Source: Antedon mediterranea (lineage: Eukaryota; Animalia; Echinodermata). Taken from it: a DNA stretch of 64,000 nt. The notes under the pieces were generated by a model that was not told the origin of the DNA, made no database searches, and saw nothing but the letters and a program-made list of their open reading frames with translations. The stretch lies in contig NC_092679.1 in the NCBI RefSeq assembly GCF_964355755.1, positions 15,111,432-15,175,431 on the forward strand, read 5' to 3'. The position numbers and the translations under genes were made by a program. How positions within the stretch are numbered: position 1 is the stretch's first letter; each line of letters starts with the position of its first letter. This document shows, piece by piece, positions 23,151-37,625 of this stretch.

Positions 23151-25625
23151 TTTCGGGGCCCGGACAATGAAACTTTATCCAACGTACCAAAACAATGAGA
23201 ATGATGGTTAAATATAACCATTTATAGAGTTTCAAGAACATTCGGTAGTTAATGGCTGCAGTAATAGTAAGCCCGCATTAACAACACATTTCATATTTGG
23301 CCTAATACTATAGTACAGATTCGTTTGTTATATTGATAGGCCTATCTATAAAGTTTGTTTTCAGTAGTTTAATAAATTAAATCGACTGGAATCCATTAAC
23401 CAAATCCAATAATTACGATCGATGTTAAAATCAAACACAAATGATGTCTCAATTATTTTTTCCTCCAAAATACGACAGTGTCAATTATTCACAATGTTAA
23501 CCACACCTGAGATTTGTATGCTCAGATAATAAGTTAATCAAACCAATTAAATCCTTTATTTAGTTTTATCGTCGCGACTCACCACTTTTATTCAACCGTT
23601 TTAGCCCCTAATTTAACGATAAAACACAATACTGAGGCTCAGCGTGAAGACACGCGGCTATTTACACGATCGTTCGGCAAGCAATAAAGTCTCCGGGAGA
23701 ATTAGCAACCACGGCGGTGATAATCACGCTAAGAATATGCAAGAATAGGCCTTATTACATGATCGAGGCTAACATATATATTTGCCATAGGTTGCTTACA
23801 TGAACATAATAGGAGCAATTACGTTGTAAATTGAACAATCGACTAATTAATTACTCGCTTTCTTGCAAGTAAATCACGGCTCAAAATCAACTGAGTAATG
23901 GCTTAATTTTCTCAGACGAAGACTACTATATCGTCGAGAAAGACAGTTCTTTTCGTTAAGCCATTTCGATTTTTCGCGTAGATAATTTCAATGACAATTA
24001 GTTTTGTAATTTTCTCGATAATTAATTTATTTTGATCGTCGAATTAGTAAATATTTTAGCTGAGTTGTTAAAACACAACAATTTTATCATTATCATTCTC
24101 CTAGCCCATTGAGGCCATTCGGCCAGATGTAATATTTAAAAAAAAACACAGAAAATTTTAAAATCTAAAAATCTTACTTAGTACTGTTAGGAAAGTGTAT
24201 TTTAAATTATACGGTCAATTCGCTGTTTACCACCTCTGAATAATATATTTATGCCTAAACCGTAATAAAAACCGTCGTTTGCATCGTAGCTCTGGTTCTG
24301 AATTTTTAAAGGAAGAAATGGTGTTGTTTTCCCAGCAAATCAAGTCGAAAATCGAAGGTTCAAGGCCTAAATTATTCATTCACCTTTTTATTTCAGAATA
24401 CCATGATTACATAATATATACATAGGCCTATATACAAAAAAAAAAGAAAAAGAAAAAGAAAAAAGAAAAAGAATCTTATTATAAAAAATCATTAATTATC
24501 AATAATAGTTACATTTTTCCTAATTGGAAAAACAGCAAATTAACAATTATGACATACACTTAGGCCCACTTATTTTGGTTAGATTTTATTTTTTTTGTGC
24601 ACCATATCAGTTTAGAAAAATTATGAAAATAAATAAGTCAGGCCTTTATTAATAAATGTATAGATAAATGTACAAAAGTGTTTTATTGGGGAAGTTCCCC
24701 CCTTTTTCCAAGTGGTAATTCAATTAATGTTTCTATTTGCTAACTATCTAATTATAAATCAATAAAACAATATTTGACGCAACAAGTGTGAACGAAATTC
24801 CTCGTTTCACACTGAAAAATATTTATTTAGGCGTAATATTGGAAGATTATCATCTGATCGTATCACTGTGGTCCAATACGCGGCAATAGACCTACGTTCA
24901 TATGAGAAACACACGCAATACTAAACAAACACAAATATTATTTATACATTAGAAACACTGCAACTTTGGTACTCAACTAAGTGTTGCCTCTGAATAATGG
25001 TTGGCCGTAGTGTTATAACAAATATTAGGCCTACCCCTCGTTCGTTTTACGGGGAAGTGTCCCCTCAATAAGGCCGTCAAAGGAGGGTTCTAACCGCCAG
25101 GGTATAAATATTCATCTAAGAGCCTCAATTCATAAGATATTTGTGTCCACTGTAAGGAAACAATTAATAAGTAACACCAAGAATATCAGCTAGTTTTGTT
25201 AAACGCCCTCAGACATCGAGAGACGATCAATCACCTCTAAATGGGGAAGCGAAATGCTATCGAGATCATAATAATGTTGTTTAAATTGAATACAGTTCAA
25301 ACTTATCACCGAGTCTATATAATCACAAACATGAAACTCTCAAGATATGTGATATACAGGCGACAGTAGTTTCGACAATTTGTTGAATCAGATCTAGCCT
25401 GTATTGTATACGTTATCTTACCTAAACACAGTACTGATATAAATTGTCATAATGACGCCTTTTCCGTCGGGCTTTTATGTATTTTTAACACTTATCGGTT
25501 TACTTTTATAAAAAAAAGAATATATTGTAAGCTTTGGTATAGTTTCGACAGATTATTAAATTTATCTATCGGACGATAACAAATACAGCTATTTCCGCAC
25601 CTTTCCATTTTGACTGTATTTAAAC

Positions 25626-25781
25626 TTGGTTCCCAGACGCAACGCAAGGACGTAGACGCAATTCCAACGCAAGCAAGTTGACCAATGGCAACAGACAGTT
25701 CGAATAACCTATTGTCTGTGATTGGTTAAATCACTTAATGTTGCGCTTACGTCCTTATGTTGCGTCTCTAGTGGGAACCAA
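25626..25781. mobile_element. Palindromic MITE family C, best-preserved copy
   Basis: CTTGGTTCCCA-GACGCAACGCAAGGACGTA...TACGTCCTTATGTTGCGTC-TCTAGTGGGAACCAAG; internal CCAAT/ATTGG pair. Confidence 0.8.
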
Positions 25782-26772
25782 GCATTACTTAGGCCTATAC
25801 CTATTTACAATACAATTACTTATAATAATAAGAACCTGCCATAAAAAGCTTTCGTTGCTTAAGTTGAAAATAAACCAATGGATATTAATAACCGTGCCCG
25901 CGTCTGTACTGTATACGCGCGCGCGGCCTATATAATTATTTAATACATATCATACAGTGATTTAGTTCACTTCTTACTGTTTACTTTGCATTGTATTGCA
26001 TTTGTATTTTTCCGTAATGTAATTTTGTTGTGCCGAAATTGAATAAATCAAACAAATAAATTTCGATATATAGAATCGAAGTTTGCTTTATATCAGGCCT
26101 ATCATATACAGTGTATATATATCTTGTTTGTCATTCATTAATTAAATGTTAATAGAGATATTGCTGATATTATTGTATAGTTGTAGTTAACTATATTGAA
26201 GGGTGGTACATTTTGACAACAAGGTGGTATTAATAGTTTACATACCACTCGAACGAAATCATAAGATCAAGTGCTCTTCGTAGACTCACTCCCGTGTAAT
26301 GCGGAATAGATTTCGAATAAACACTACAATATAGTATCTTGGAAAGTAAACATACATTGACCAACATGGTAAGCCTGTAAAATTCAGTATCAATTTTGAA
26401 AGGGTATCTCCAGGCCTGTGGTCAGATAATTATTGTACACGGTGGCGGTAAAGCGATGTAGGCCCGCTTATGGCATGGTGTTCGGCAACTCCAAGACCCG
26501 TGTCTCACAGGGAGTATTTAGCCTGATGAATCGACGAAAACTAATGTAAAATGCCTCAAATTAATGATGGTAACTTTGATCAAAGATTGGAATCTCAGTG
26601 TGTAAATTTCAATTTAATTGTAAATATATATATATTGATTAACGATTGTCAAGTTTAACCCCTTATAAAAAAAAAGTGTAATAATCAATAATGATTACTT
26701 TAAATTATAAGAAATCAAGCTACGTAGGCCTACAATTCAGATTAAATTTGATAAAAAGTTGTACTCGATTGT

Positions 26773-26958
26773 AGTGGAGCTGTAGCTTGGTGGTCAACAT
26801 GTTTGCCTTCCAATCCCAAGGTTCAATCTTCACAACTCTTTTCTACTCCAGTCACTAAGCTCCAAATGAGACTTAGTTTACAAGCACAATAAATCATAAA
26901 ATAGTTTGTCCATCCCTTTTGTCGAGTTACTCGCTGCTGGATGCGTATGAAATAAAGT
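26773..26958 (+). mobile_element. tRNA(Gly-like)-derived SINE
   Basis: Head GTGGAGCTGTAGCTTGGTGGTCAACATGTTTGCCTTCCAA resembles the tRNA-Gly(TCC) D-arm and anticodon arm; body matches 15534-15720. Confidence 0.7.
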
Positions 26959-27859
26959 AGGCCTAATAAAGAACAACAACAATTAAATCATATGTAATCG
27001 GAAACAAAAAGTTTCTTTAAATTAACGCTACAAATATCAACGGAAATCGAATTCCAAAATAAAACTCCTTCATCTGCCATACTTGATGGTAAAAATCAGT
27101 AGTGATGAATTAAAATCCAAAGAAATGGAAACATGTCTACGTCACATTCTAGTAAGTGTACATTTCAGAAGGGCACATTGGCGGTTCAACTTCGTTAGTT
27201 ATACTCCCTATTCATTGTTCACCTAGGCCTGGTCTTTTGCTTTTTGTTTGCAGACTCACTGGAATCGGCCCATAGAGGCGTTGTTTGTCTTGGTTAGACA
27301 TAACATGGATAAAGAACTAGGCTAGTAATGCATCCTGTGATCGTTCGATTATTATCAAAATATCAACAATGAATTTATCGAACTTCAATGAATACTAGCA
27401 TTACAGGCCTAAATGTTTTTATGAAATCACGTAACTTAAGCAAAGAGAAAAATTCAAATATAGACTAGATTTGGTTTTAAACAGATTTTTATATGAATCT
27501 TTCTGATAAAGTTATAATGGAATTAGGAATCATAAACGGTGTTATTTGTTGATTTACAGAATGGATGCTGATATATTATAATAAATGTTTATCAATTTCT
27601 TTATATCATGGAAGTTATCTATATAGTACAATAAAACATAAGATCAATAACAACAAAGTACAGTATTGCATTAATAAGTTTATTTATTCACACAGCGTAT
27701 TATAAAGAATATAAAACAGTACAATAAAAAAATACATAGACTTTCTGTGTTTGAGGACACATTACCTAGGCTAACATAGCCTAAAGATACATAATATTTT
27801 GTTACATTAATTTGAATAAGTTTACAAAAATTAGTTTTCTTATTTACAGTGATGAAACC

Positions 27860-28230
27860 GCCACTAACAGGTTGAATATACTTCTATTTTCCTCTTTCCA
27901 CGATTTGTTTCCATATTTTTTCTTTTTTGAGTAGAATTGTTGGTTATTGTGTTAAAGGCTACAAATTTTCTTCTTAATCTTGTTTATTTGGTTTATCCAG
28001 TTATCTTTTGATAGTGAAAACATTTTCTTCTGGTTTCTATCAGTATATTGATATGATGGTTCATTGAGTGTAAACCGAAACTGTCTTGAAACGTAAGATA
28101 TTTAAAGTTATAATGGTTTACACTCAATAAACCATCATATCAATACAGTTATCTTTTGGTCTTCCTTATGGTCTTTTTACCTTATTTCTAATTTTCATTG
28201 CTTTCCTTTCATTTCCTTCATTTGCACCCT
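27860..28230 (-). mobile_element. Degenerate RTE-like LINE 3' remnant interrupted by a 135-bp insert
   Basis: With 28011-28158 removed, the minus strand reads KVKRP*GRPKDNWINQINK, and further on IWKQIVE; the 13-bp duplication CAGTTATCTTTTG flanks the insert. Confidence 0.5.
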
Positions 28231-31200
28231 CTATAAATCTTGCGAAAATAAAATACTTTATACATCTGACAGTCTAAGAGCATAATTAGAGAAAGAAGTC
28301 AGTTTTCCACAATACATAATTATATAAGTTAAATTAAATTAATTAAATTAATACTACATAATTATATAAGTTAATAACAATATATACCTAGCTTATTTAA
28401 GATTGTGTAACGTGAAAGAAATAGTTTTTAGTCTAAAATTTGTAATTATACCTAATAAGTAGGCCTAATTATTGAGGTTAAATGAGATTTTAAAGTACCG
28501 GGTAACTGATAAGGTGTTTAAATAAGGTTAAGCATTATTGTTCATCCTACTACTATCCATATAGACTGTTGCTCATAGTACTCAATCTGTTGAATGTTCA
28601 AATACTCGAGGCGCCTGGCTAGCCAATTTTCGTCGTGCCGTATATGTCAGTCATGTTATACGTCGAGACCTATAACACTGATGCTAGTTTAACCTGATGG
28701 TGGACCAGATTCACGGTGCTGTATCCAGATTTCTCCAGTATCATAGGAATATTTGGTATTACAGAATCGCACGTGTTTCAGATGTGTCTCCTAGTATCGC
28801 ATACCATAAGATTTAACCTAACCCTACATGATACAGACATCACATGTGATACACATGAGATGCTGAGGGGTTGTATTCCTACGATATTTGTCGTATGTAG
28901 AGGTACATTATTGAGAATCGGGTACATGGTGGTCATTCAGGCGTCGGCTAGAGACAAAAGCTTGATTCCCACTACTGTATACAGAGGACGCAGCGCAAGG
29001 AAGAAAGCGCAAAAATATTTTTACCAATCAGACGCGATGGATGTTTCGCTTACGTCCTCGCCTTGCGTCTTTAGTAGGAACCATACCTAAGGGGAAAAAG
29101 AAAGTCAGTTTTCCACCATACGAGATATTTGCTCGAATCGAAATATTCCTGAGCTGTGATTAGTTGCGCATCTTTTCGCATCACAAAAAAGGGTGGAAAT
29201 AAAAATACGATGCGCATTAGTCAACGCTTTAGATTCACGCATCAAATATCAAATATTTTATAGACAGTTTTAATGTTTGTATTGTTATTAACTATAGCTT
29301 TGCGGCTTATTTAATGGCTCAGCTCTATAACGTATGCAGATGATCCATCAAATATTGACTAAATAGAGAGCATAGACAGATTGTTTACCGACAAACAAAA
29401 CTAGTCAGTTTGTCGTATAGGCCTATAAACACTACGCATACTGCATTATATACTGTACACTTTTAACCTGTTTTAAACTTTAAATTGGTCTAAAGCCGCT
29501 GCTTAGAAAACTGTGATTGTTTTTGTTATAATTACCCTTTTATACAAATTTATACCATAATTAACGTGTGTTTTTAGACATTAAATAAACAGAACATACT
29601 GTATTTGTCAATACACAACACAATTTCACTATAAATCTAAGTCTTAACCAAGGATCGTAGTACAGATTGGAAACTTTTACTATGATGTTTGTTTTGAAGT
29701 CAAAGTCCAGTGCAATGAATCGTAGTTTGTACAGTTTTTGTTTAGTGAAATTTTTACTAAAATAAGAAACTGGTTACTCCAAATAAAAACACGGAAGACC
29801 TATTGATAATTCAACATTTAATTGATCATTTAATAATCTAATTAGTTTCATCGACAATACTTAGGCCTACCAAAATGTTTAAATAATCCACATACCTGGC
29901 TATATATTAATTTATAGGTCCATGAATAAACTATAGTATGCTGTAGGCGATACTGTATACATTGGCTATTCAGAGACGGTTTAGATAAAATTATTAAAAT
30001 TTTGTTCATTTTCATGTATCTATCAATGTAGAAGAATAGTCACCATGATACTTGTAGGTCTACTACATGGATACATTACTTATTTATCCATGATTTTAGT
30101 GTTAAGAAACAACCGATTATAGTACGTATTCCTTATATAAGATTGTTTTTCCTTTTTCCTAAAAAATTATTATTATTCGTTTGTAGAGTGACGTAGACAA
30201 TACGAGTCTATACAATATTGTTGTTCAATTTAGTTTTAAAATTCGTTGAAGTCATTTGACCTTATTTGCCCGTTCTTCTCCCTTTATTGTAAGACAGTGT
30301 TTCTGCTCTAACGTCATAATTTCTCTTTTTCTTGAAAGTAGTTTTTCGATATTATTCTTCGTATTCTTCTTCTTAATTTTAGATCAAACCATTACCTTCA
30401 TTCATTCGTTCTTCTTTAGATTCCTTCTGTTATCACCTAATTTGTATCTCTTTTGACAACAAAATCATCTATTTCAACAGGTGGAATATGTTGCTGAAAC
30501 AGTCTGATTAATCAAAACTTAACATATTGTGAACAAAACTTCTTATATATTTATTGATTACAATATAAAGTCAAGATAATAGGAGCTTTATTTGGAAAGA
30601 GAACAAACGTTTTCGTATTCATTTTCCAAGTTCCTTCTCACGTAACAGCCAAACATACACACGCATGCGCATTATCAGTAAACATAAGGTCACTATGATT
30701 TAGCTTGAACTTTTCCATGTTTCATTCTAACCGGAAAATACTATACTATGTTAAAGGTTGTTTTTTGTGTAGACCTTTGATTATAGGAAGTCGAAACAAA
30801 AAAGATGTAGGTGAAATGTACCAATGCGGCAACGTTTTTTACGTCACTATAAACATGACACGGTACATAAATTACTTTATTCTGTAAATTGAATCGAATC
30901 CAAAGTCAATCTCAAAACACCTGATTACAAAATAAAATCCGAACTAACACCGCTTTATCAATTGACCAAATATAACTTATTGTATGAAGGAATTATATAA
31001 ATTAAAGTCAATATTGATACTTTCCTCAATTTAGTTTTACAGCCGTCTATAAATGCATTGTTACATACCGGTATTACGCATGACTTTTCCAAAATAATTT
31101 TATTACTTTGTTTAACCTGTCCTAACAAATAGTTGTTTTATTTACCTTAGTAGCAAACAGTTATAATGTACTTTTTATACAGTATTCCATAACTTAAAAT

Positions 31201-34200
31201 ACGTAAGTAAAAGTAGCGGTGAAAATAAGAATACACTATATACACTATCTATAATATTGTTTCAGCAACACCCATTCTGTTGAAATAGGGTATAACAAGA
31301 TCCGAAGTAAATGTTGTCCAATGTTTTTAAAATAATAATAATATATAAATAATATTATATAATAAATTTAAATATAGAGGAAATATAGTATAATAATATA
31401 CCTGTAAAGATTTATAGAAAAGTCTTTATATTATAAATACGCACACTACATAATTATTTTGTAACAGTAGGCCTACATAAATTAATGCATGTATATTTTA
31501 CATATATACAGCATTAATTGAAAAGTATGGAAAAGCCTATTCATTCTTATGTTAATACGATTAACATTTTTAATAACAAACTATTTGTCTTAAATGTAAA
31601 TTAGTTTGAATTAATCAACGTCTCTTGTTATCAGATTTACGACTGCTCATTAAGTGAAACATAATCTTTATTGATATTTTGGCAAGGATAATTTCTCATA
31701 ATAATTAAAATTTAATGAAGAAGTTAATAGAATAAGAACGAATTTAAAACTAAGAGGTAATATATCTTCCCTTATGTGGCATAATGACTCTTTTTTTGTT
31801 TCATCATTGATATGTTTTTTTTACTAAAACAGTATACTTATCTTTTTGTAACAACCACAGGTCCATATTAGTAATACGTATAACTAATAATGATTTTAAT
31901 AAGACAAAAATTCACAACATAGTTTTGCTTTAAATGAAAAAAAAAAATGTTTCAGTAGAACTTATATAACAGATGGTGGTAGAAACATGGCTATAACTGA
32001 AAAGCAACTAATAATTGTTGGCCTACTCGGAGTAAAGTGTTTTTACTTTTCTGTTTGTTTTTGTATTATGAATGGTTTTTTAATATTTCTTGTGTCGATA
32101 TTTTCTGATATATTTATTGAAATGCTATATTTTATCTTTATGTGCCAATTGGTATAAAGAGGATTCACAGGTTCTTGTCAGAGATTTAGTTCCCTTTTGT
32201 GTTTCCTGCCACTTATACTCTGTAGTTGTTTGTTGATGTTGTTGATTGGCAATAAATAATAAGAATAAGAAAGAGATGTCAAGTCGCATTTTCCGGAAAT
32301 AAAGATTTTATTCTAAATTATTTTATAATTTTTTAATCTCACTAAATTCTATCTTATAACTATGCTTTGATACATTCATAGAGAAACCACGTTAGTAAAA
32401 TACTGGAAATTAACTAATTGGATAGATTCGTCTGGATCTTTATTCCGTATTCGGTAAAATGTTCCTTTTCGTGAATAAAACGTCAGTTTATCGTTTTTAA
32501 TTAGTATCTAATTATTGGATCATCAAAATTTGATTTTTCAAAATTAAATTGTAAACGATAACGACTATGTCATAAGACAAACATTATCATAAAGAACATT
32601 GCCCGTTAAATGCAACGCATTAGATTGTATACCAATCAGTGGAATTTTAATTTTGACAACTGTTTAAATCTAGCGAACGTGTTTATGGATCTTTAGAATA
32701 CTGCTAGGTAAATCCAAGTATTGATTTCTGTAACTAATTTAACACGTATTTTTACACACATGTCAGATATGACCAAAATGATGTAACATGATTGGTGTAA
32801 GGTCAACAGACGAAGATGAACTTCCGGTTACGTTGGACGAATGAATGTTCGTCTCTTGAAAATAAGTTTGTGGAAATAGATGAAAGATTCATGTAGCATA
32901 CGATGAAACACGGACGGACTTTTGTAACTTTTTTCGAATTTTCTCAAAGGCGCACAAATTATTTTGGTTAGATGTAATGTTGGATAGCTGAGCATTCTTG
33001 AGGGAGATGTGCGTGTTATAGGCATATTCTATTACTATTAGGCCTATTATTTAATTATATGTATATTAGTATACTTTCGGAGTGGTAGATAACAAATTTA
33101 ATTACATAAAAAATCTGCCTTCGTGGATTCTTTGATTTTTATTTTAAAATTAGATAGTTTCGTTTAAATACTGATATACCGGTAACACAGTACAGTAGCC
33201 GAACAAAAAACATATAATAACTCTTAGACCTAGGCCTATACAACTTACCTTCTTCTTTTTTAGTGACATTTTATTCTTAATTTTATGGGTTATTTTGTGA
33301 CAGTGTCACAACACTTTATGTTGTCATAAGTGTGTATTTATTATATTTTCGCCACAATTAATCGACACCTCAAGATTCCATCTTCATCAATACTATAATA
33401 TGCGATTGATGACAGAGCCAAGTTGTAAGAGATGATGGTTCCAATTAAACATGTTATTTAGATTATTCTCTGGCATATAATTAAACATGCCATGACGAAG
33501 TTCTAGTTATCTGTACATTATTTTACCCATTTCAGTACTCGGTGGTATTGGAACTCGAATATTTACCTGGTCATCAATCGCATATGATCCTGAGCTAAGT
33601 TAAGTTGATGGCTCAAATTAAAAATGTTCTCTTAATTATTCTTTTTTGTATACTGTCCCCTGGTTATAGATTTTTATCAGTAACTTTTACAGGTGTTTTT
33701 TCTAGCTGCATAGAATCTTTATTTATTCATGGCTTATAATCCATTCTGCGGTCTGTACAGTACAGAATAATAATAATAGTGATATTTACATGCGGGCCGG
33801 TCACGTTAAAAGTGTGTCGAGGGTCATCGGTAAATTTGATTTAAGGTTGATTACCCGATGCACAAGATTACTGTTCATTCACGGCAATTTGGTAAAGTAT
33901 ATCGAATCAAAGGTTGTCGAAAAAGAAAGAGAAACACCCTGAAAAGAATTCGGACCGTAGAATCTTTTGTCCGTTGTTATATAGTGTTTGTTGTTCTCTG
34001 GTGGGACAGAGAGGTTTGTATACACAGAAATCAATTTCATACCACAATGACCGTATGCGCTAAATCTGATCTACTGTATACGTCCTTCTTTAAACCAGGT
34101 CTGTAACGGCTCGGGTCATTTTACATAACGTTTGGACACATAAAAGAGTATTTTTTCATGGTAAATAATCGTGTATTGTCCGATGCCCTGGGTTTAAACC

Positions 34201-34434
34201 ATCTGCTAGGCTGTACTTTTGGACATGCCGGAGGATAACGAATTATAATTAATAAATAGTGCAGTTGTAGGTAAATACCCAGAAGTGAATCTTATAAATT
34301 GTGAGAGATATGTTTGACTAGTGTAAAAAAGGCAGCCAGGTGTGGGGACTTCGTTACATTCAGTAAACAATTAAAATAAACATTATTTTTATTTTTTCTC
34401 TTTTTTCTTTTCAATTATAAATCTTAATCTTGCT

Positions 34435-34680
34435 GTGGAGGTGTAGCGTTTCGGTTAAAATGCTCGCCTATGGTTGACATTCTGTAAGATTCTGGTTTCA
34501 AACGACAGTAGTTTTTTACATGGCAAAAATCAACTCCGCTCCCAACTAATTAGATATAAGATTGTTTATTTAGATTATCTTCTATATATGTTTGTCCTGT
34601 GAACAGGGTTACCATCATCCGAAGGACAGAAATGAAATCACTTCTGGTTATTTGGCAATATGCCTACATTGAAAATAAGA
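34435..34680 (+). mobile_element. Degenerate tRNA-derived SINE-like element
   Basis: GTGGAGGTGTAGCGTTTCGGTTAAAATGCTCGCCT tRNA-like head, GGTTTCAAAC B-box-like motif, GAAAATAA end. Confidence 0.4.
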
Positions 34681-37184
34681 CCGATATGAGAACAAAATAA
34701 ATCTAGACTTATATTTCTGCAACTAAAATTCAATTATTGTTAAATTTATTTTCCACGTACAAAAAAAAATAAACAGGGATACGAATTTAAGAAGAGCACA
34801 CATCTTTATATACATAATTATACAACAATAAAAGCGAAGTTTTTTAAAAAGAAATGTATGCAATATAAAAAGCTTATGGAAGAAATTTGATACTGAGGAA
34901 AGTGGTAGCATTATCTCACCATACGACCGGAGACATGTTAACGGCAAATTTAAAATTATTCATTGATAGTTTAGTTACTGGAATAACATCGGAAAAAATC
35001 AATCAAATATAAATCAATAAAATGATGATTTAAAGAATTTACAATATTTACCTGCTTGATACGTGCTGATAGGTCCTAGTCGATGATTGAAATGATTCAG
35101 TTAGATTCAAAACGTATAATGGCCAAATAATATACTTGACACCAAATTGTTAATCAAGTACCTATTAGGTATACCACACTTACAACTTATAGTATAAAAC
35201 TAACATTATACAGAGGTAAGTGGCAGACTATTACCGCCATTAATATACCAATACATAGGTTAAGTGGCTCTCCTTAACGCCTTAACTGGCAATCGAGTGC
35301 ATTCGATCCTTTACCGGTTAGTGTCGCGTTAGAAACGGAGAAGTGACCGTTTACTATGGACGAACCAGCTAAGTTTGATTTCGATTCAGATCAAACCAAA
35401 TGCGTTTGCTTCTGACGCAGCAAACTAAAAAAGATAATGTTGAACGCTTCAACTGTCCCTGCTCAGCGCATGTACTCTGCTGTCGATGCAGAAATCATGT
35501 GTGTAAACGCGAGCAATTATTGTTATGGTTATAATTATGTTTGAGGACGATTGTCTGACTTTATAAAAAATCTAATGTTATTGATACAGAAAGCAGGAAG
35601 TCAGTACAATAGTACAAAGTGAGTTGAACCTACAGTTTCGAAATATTTATACGGGATGCCGCACCTAGAATTTTAAACTGAACTGAGAAATTTGTAATTA
35701 GTTGAATTGTTGTGATGATGAGGGTGGGGTTAAAAAGTATTGCTAGACCTAGGTCTATCCCGAGAAGGGGTGGGATTGATGCTAGATCAGACTTCTGGTG
35801 TAGGCCCTACTTTTACCACGATCGTGTCGTCAATCAATGGAAAGTTGATGTTATGCTTTCATTATTATTCAAAATATAATAGATAGAAAATAATACTAAT
35901 ATAGTTTTTGTTGGCTTCTATTAGATGACCTGTTGGTATGCGTTTTTACATATTATTGTAGCAGGCTGGTACAGTCTTTTGAACTGGACCTGAATATCGC
36001 GCGAAGCCTGAAGCCAGGCTTTTAATCTTTTGTAAGACGTTGTTAGTTTGACCAATGCCGTAAGCGTTTTAGTTGGTGTTTAGTCGCCTCAACGTTACAT
36101 TGTAAATATCTCCGATTAGGCCTATTCTACTCTTTTCTTGGCCCCTGTTATACGTGCATACGATTTGTAGTTTGTAATTAAGGTGTGCCGGTGATCTACA
36201 GTATGAAGAACATAGAGGAAATTATTGCATGATTTCATGGAAAGATTGTTATTTTAAATTTCATTTATGCACCGTCACGCCTTTAAAACACGGTTGATAA
36301 TTACATTGAATTGATTACATAGGACCTGTACATTACGGACATTGTATTACGTTAAAAAAAAGGGGATAAAAGATGGTTTAGATTGGTAATTTTGTTGGCA
36401 AATGCAATACATAATAGAACATTAATAGACCAGTTTCAGCATTTTACAATTTTAACTGTAAAACCCGACTCGCAATCGACTACAGCCTATGATAATATAG
36501 GCCTATGTAAATAATATTATAAGTTAAAATTGGAAAGGGGATCCAAAATTGCTATATTTATGCGGACTCTAAAGTTTGAAAACAAAGATTAGTTTCAGTA
36601 TATTTGACAGAATAGAGCAACAAAAACAGTAAGTTTTTTTAATTGCGAATAAAATAATACAATAAGCATACAAACATTTCAAATCCTTTGATGTTTCCGA
36701 ACGTGTTTGTTGTGTGGTAAATTTAATTACTTGAGATGAAGGATAGAGTGTGTAACAACTTTAAGTTCAGTTTAAAACTGATGTCATAAACTCACCAAGC
36801 TACGTTATTTAGCTACCTTGTAGGAATACGAAATGAAAGTTTGGATTTTACATGCACTTTGAAAGCATACGATGTTACTATCGTAGCATTGGGTACCGTT
36901 TTGCCGTCCCAAATTTTCGAAATTTTACAAATTAGCTGGTATAATTTGTGCGGTTTACTAATTAATTAACTGATTAATTATCAACTGTCATGCAAAATGA
37001 ATGATCTTCTATGCAGTTATTTGTTTACTAACCGTCAGTTACCTAATCATCAATCTTAGGGAGGTAATCCTAATGTGAACATCTTTTTTGAGGAATTATT
37101 TTACATATCAAATGATAGGTTTTACAAGTAGGCAACTAAATGTGTAGAAATACTAAATATTATTCGTTATTCATATAAAACAAG

Positions 37185-37625
37185 TTAGCTTGATAGGAAA
37201 TACGAAGCATTTTCGCTGACCTGGTTAAAAAAAAATTCTCTCCAGATTTAGTATACTAAAAACAAATAAGCTTGATTAAAATACAAATGTTTTGTAAAAC
37301 AATCAAGTTTGTAGAAAATACGAAACATTTTCGTTAATCTGGTTAAAAGATTCAATACCAGGTTTAGTTACACAAAAACAAACAAGATTGTAGAAATACG
37401 TTTTCGTTAGCCTGTTTAAAAGATTACTCAACATATTATTTAGTAGACAATGGGTACTAAAACAGCTTGTAGAAAATATGAAACATTTTCTTTAACCTGG
37501 TTAAAAGATTCTTTGCCAGGTTTAGTAGACACTAAAAACAAACAAGATTGTAGAAAATACATTTTCTTTAACCTGGAGGATTCCTCACCAGGTTTAGTAG
37601 ACTTCGGTACTAAAAACAAACAACT
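37185..37625. repeat. Degenerate tandem repeat downstream of NK2.1 (about 5-6 irregular units)
   Basis: Recurring GAAATACGAAACATTTTCGTTAACCTGGTTAAAAGATTC...CCAGGTTTAGTAGACACTAAAAACAAACAAG. Confidence 0.8.

Noticed and set aside
26515-26560. CTGATGA-N6-GAAA hammerhead-like core (similar at about 55971)
   Set aside because: Stems I and III and the NUH cleavage triplet could not be formed convincingly.
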